Shown here piece after piece: positions 62,150 through 64,000 of a stretch of DNA of 64,000 nucleotides. Position numbers and translations under genes: made by a program. The stretch's first letter is position 1; each line of letters opens with the position of its first letter. Source of the DNA: Candidatus Multivoradales bacterium (lineage in GTDB: Bacteria > Acidobacteriota > Thermoanaerobaculia > Multivoradales > J023); assembly GCA_965248925.1 (NCBI GenBank), contig CBDFLE010000005.1:1984001-2048000 (forward strand), in the 5' to 3' direction. A model generated the notes under the pieces. It made no database searches. It saw nothing but the letters and a program-made list of their open reading frames with translations, and had not been told where the DNA came from.

Positions 62150-62240
62150 CGGCGCAGTATACAAGCCCCGACCGGCTCTCTTCCTTGGTGCCGGTCACCG
62201 CCTGGAGCCCGTTCAGCGGCCAGAGCCCTCCGCAGCGGGT

Positions 62241-62270
62241 GGCACCCTCTCTGCAGGCACCCTCTCTGCA
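62241..62270. repeat. Perfect tandem 15-bp duplication GGCACCCTCTCTGCA x2
   Basis: Directly visible; abuts repeat copy 2. Confidence 0.8.
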
Positions 62271-62271
62271 G

Positions 62272-62441
62272 CTGGCTCGCCGGAATCTCTAGGGGCGCGG
62301 GGCTTGCGCTCGTCTTCGATCTCCGAACCAACGGGCGCAAGCCGTGCGCCCCTACAAGATTCTTTCCACAGATCGCCTGTAAAAATCAGGGATCCAGCTT
62401 GCTCGCCGGCCGGTTGTCAACCCACAGCACCCCGTCACGAA
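62272..62441 (+). repeat. ~170-bp direct repeat, copy 2: REP doublet (62288-62356) plus the real fecR 3' end
   Basis: Aligns by eye with 59348-59518. Confidence 0.82.
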
Positions 62442-63414
62442 TCTGGTGAGAAAAACCGCTACCGCGCAGCACCACCTGCAAGGCCTGATCGCGATCGAGC
62501 CCGGCGAGTGATCCGTAGAGCACTGCCGTAGCAGCGGCGCGCTCACTCTCGGCGCTGGAATAGAGAATGCGCCAGCCCGCTTCTTGAGCCACGAAGTCGA
62601 GAAAGGAGGCCAGGGTAGCGCCTTCGATATCGGGCAGCGCAGCCGCCCGCCAAGTCCAGCTCCAGACCTCGTCCCAGGGCTCGGTCGCGCCGCGGTGCAA
62701 TGCTCCGTTGGCGGCAACCTCCAATTCCCCGCCTGCCGCCACTTCAACCGTTTCTCCGGCCGGCCGCTCGAGCAGCACCAAGCCGTCGCGGACCCGCAAA
62801 CGCAAGCCGCCAGCGCTGTCCAGGCGGGCTTCGAAACGGGTGCCGATATCTCGCACCAAGCCGGCTGGAGTCCACAGCTCAAGGGCCGCGGCCGAGCCAA
62901 CGGGTGAATCCACCGCCACGTAGACCGCACCGCGCAGCAGGCGGGCACCACGCCTGCCGGTGAGTTGCAGCTCGCTCGCCGCGTCGAGACGCAGCTCCGC
63001 GCCGCCAGCAAGCTGCAACGCGACATGGCCGGCCGCACCGGTAGTAATTCGCGTTCCGGCCGCAAGATCTTCACCCACCACCACCTGCCCGTCGAGCAGC
63101 ACTTCCCCGTTCACCACTGCCAAAGTTGCCGCTGGCGAATCCAAAACGCTCCGCAGCCACAACACTGTCCCCAGGGCCACCAGCAGGCTGGCAGCCAGTG
63201 CCACCAACGCCGAGCCATACCGCCAACGCCGGGCCGCCAGGCGCTGACGCCAAACCTGGCGGGTGGCCCGCCGAACCTGCTCGACTTCGAATTCCGACAT
63301 AGCGAGAAGCGGCTTGGCAGTTTCAGCGATTCCCCCACCGAGCAAGCTGTCCAAGCGGTGCTCGTCGGCGCTGGTCCAGGAATCCGTGGTGATTTCGTGC
63401 TGTTCCTTCATCAT
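62386..63414 (-). CDS. FecR-family anti-sigma / transmembrane sensor
   Basis: TM 'ALAASLLV', 'LRLDAAS', 'VRDIGTRF', 'VRDGLV'. Confidence 0.85.
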   Translation of the reverse strand: MMKEQHEITTDSWTSADEHRLDSLLGGGIAETAKPLLAMSEFEVEQVRRATRQVWRQRLAARRWRYGSALVALAASLLVALGTVLWLRSVLDSPAATLAVVNGEVLLDGQVVVGEDLAAGTRITTGAAGHVALQLAGGAELRLDAASELQLTGRRGARLLRGAVYVAVDSPVGSAAALELWTPAGLVRDIGTRFEARLDSAGGLRLRVRDGLVLLERPAGETVEVAAGGELEVAANGALHRGATEPWDEVWSWTWRAAALPDIEGATLASFLDFVAQEAGWRILYSSAESERAAATAVLYGSLAGLDRDQALQVVLRGSGFSHQIRDGVLWVDNRPASKLDP

Positions 63415-63455
63415 CTTTCTCGATAGAAACTACTGACGTCTTACTACCGGTAACT

Positions 63456-64000
63456 TTAACTACCGGCCCACGTGCCACCGAGTTCGCGGTACTTGCGGCG
63501 AAAGGCCAACCGCGCGCGGGTCAGCAGCGACTCCACCGCTTTAGCTCCGCTCTGCAGACGCTGGCTGATCTCCTTGACTGCCAGCCTGTCGGTGTACTTC
63601 CACTGCAACACCTGTCGGTAGTGATCAGGCAACTCAGCCAATGAACGGCGGACCCTCTGCGAGCGATCACGGCGCTCAAGATCCGCTGCTGGATCGTCCA
63701 GCTCGACGGAGAAGGCATCGTCACCCGAGCGCCGCTCGAGCACATCCTCCGCCGACTCCCCGACAAAGCGGCCCTCGCGGCGCCGATAGGCACTGATCTC
63801 GAAGCGACAAACCGCCCGCAACCAGCTCGCCAGCGGGGCCTCACCACGATAGGTGTGAAGTTTCTCCACCGCCTTGCAGAAAGTTGCTTGCACCAGTTCG
63901 CGAGCGAGCTCGCGGTCATTGCCGACCTGCGACATGGCATAAGCGAAGAGGCGCTGCGTGTTGGCCTCGAAAAGCTGCTCGAAAGCAGCTTCGTCACCGC
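63456..64000 (-). CDS. ECF sigma factor (5' end outside window)
   Basis: 'GDEAAFEQLF', 'ELVQATF', 'LPDHYRQVL', 'KAVESLLTRAR'. Confidence 0.88.
   Translation of the reverse strand, partial: GDEAAFEQLFEANTQRLFAYAMSQVGNDRELARELVQATFCKAVEKLHTYRGEAPLASWLRAVCRFEISAYRRREGRFVGESAEDVLERRSGDDAFSVELDDPAADLERRDRSQRVRRSLAELPDHYRQVLQWKYTDRLAVKEISQRLQSGAKAVESLLTRARLAFRRKYRELGGTWAGS

Overview
This is a GC-rich bacterial chromosomal window. Its gene content (CRTAC1-like, wHTH-TPR, ECF/Ser-Thr kinase pair, 'IFxDGFESG'-tailed secreted protein) suggests Acidobacteriota such as Thermoanaerobaculia, which is an inference. 1.7-25.7 kb holds a type I-C CRISPR-Cas locus (cas3-5-8c-7-4-1-2) and an array of about 151 repeats and 150 spacers, counted by hand. 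The locus carries three IS insertions: one IS3-family copy splits cas4, a second copy sits at a spacer/repeat junction, and an IS21-family element splits a spacer. The rest of the window has housekeeping and envelope genes (murQ, M20 peptidase, spmAB, uup, apbE-DUF4266-DUF3570-TlpA, TonB receptor, GT39, UbiA, DCC) and several accessory modules. These are a Sec-exported non-canonical Rhs/YD protein with a Cys-rich tip and Cys-rich neighbours beside an ECF/kinase pair, an ECF / zinc-finger anti-sigma::kinase C-lobe / HNH nuclease operon (best candidate for an undescribed system), a hydrazine-synthase-alpha-like cytochrome, and a two-component cassette bracketed by a ~170-bp direct repeat. All product calls come from recognising motifs by eye; no database searches were run.
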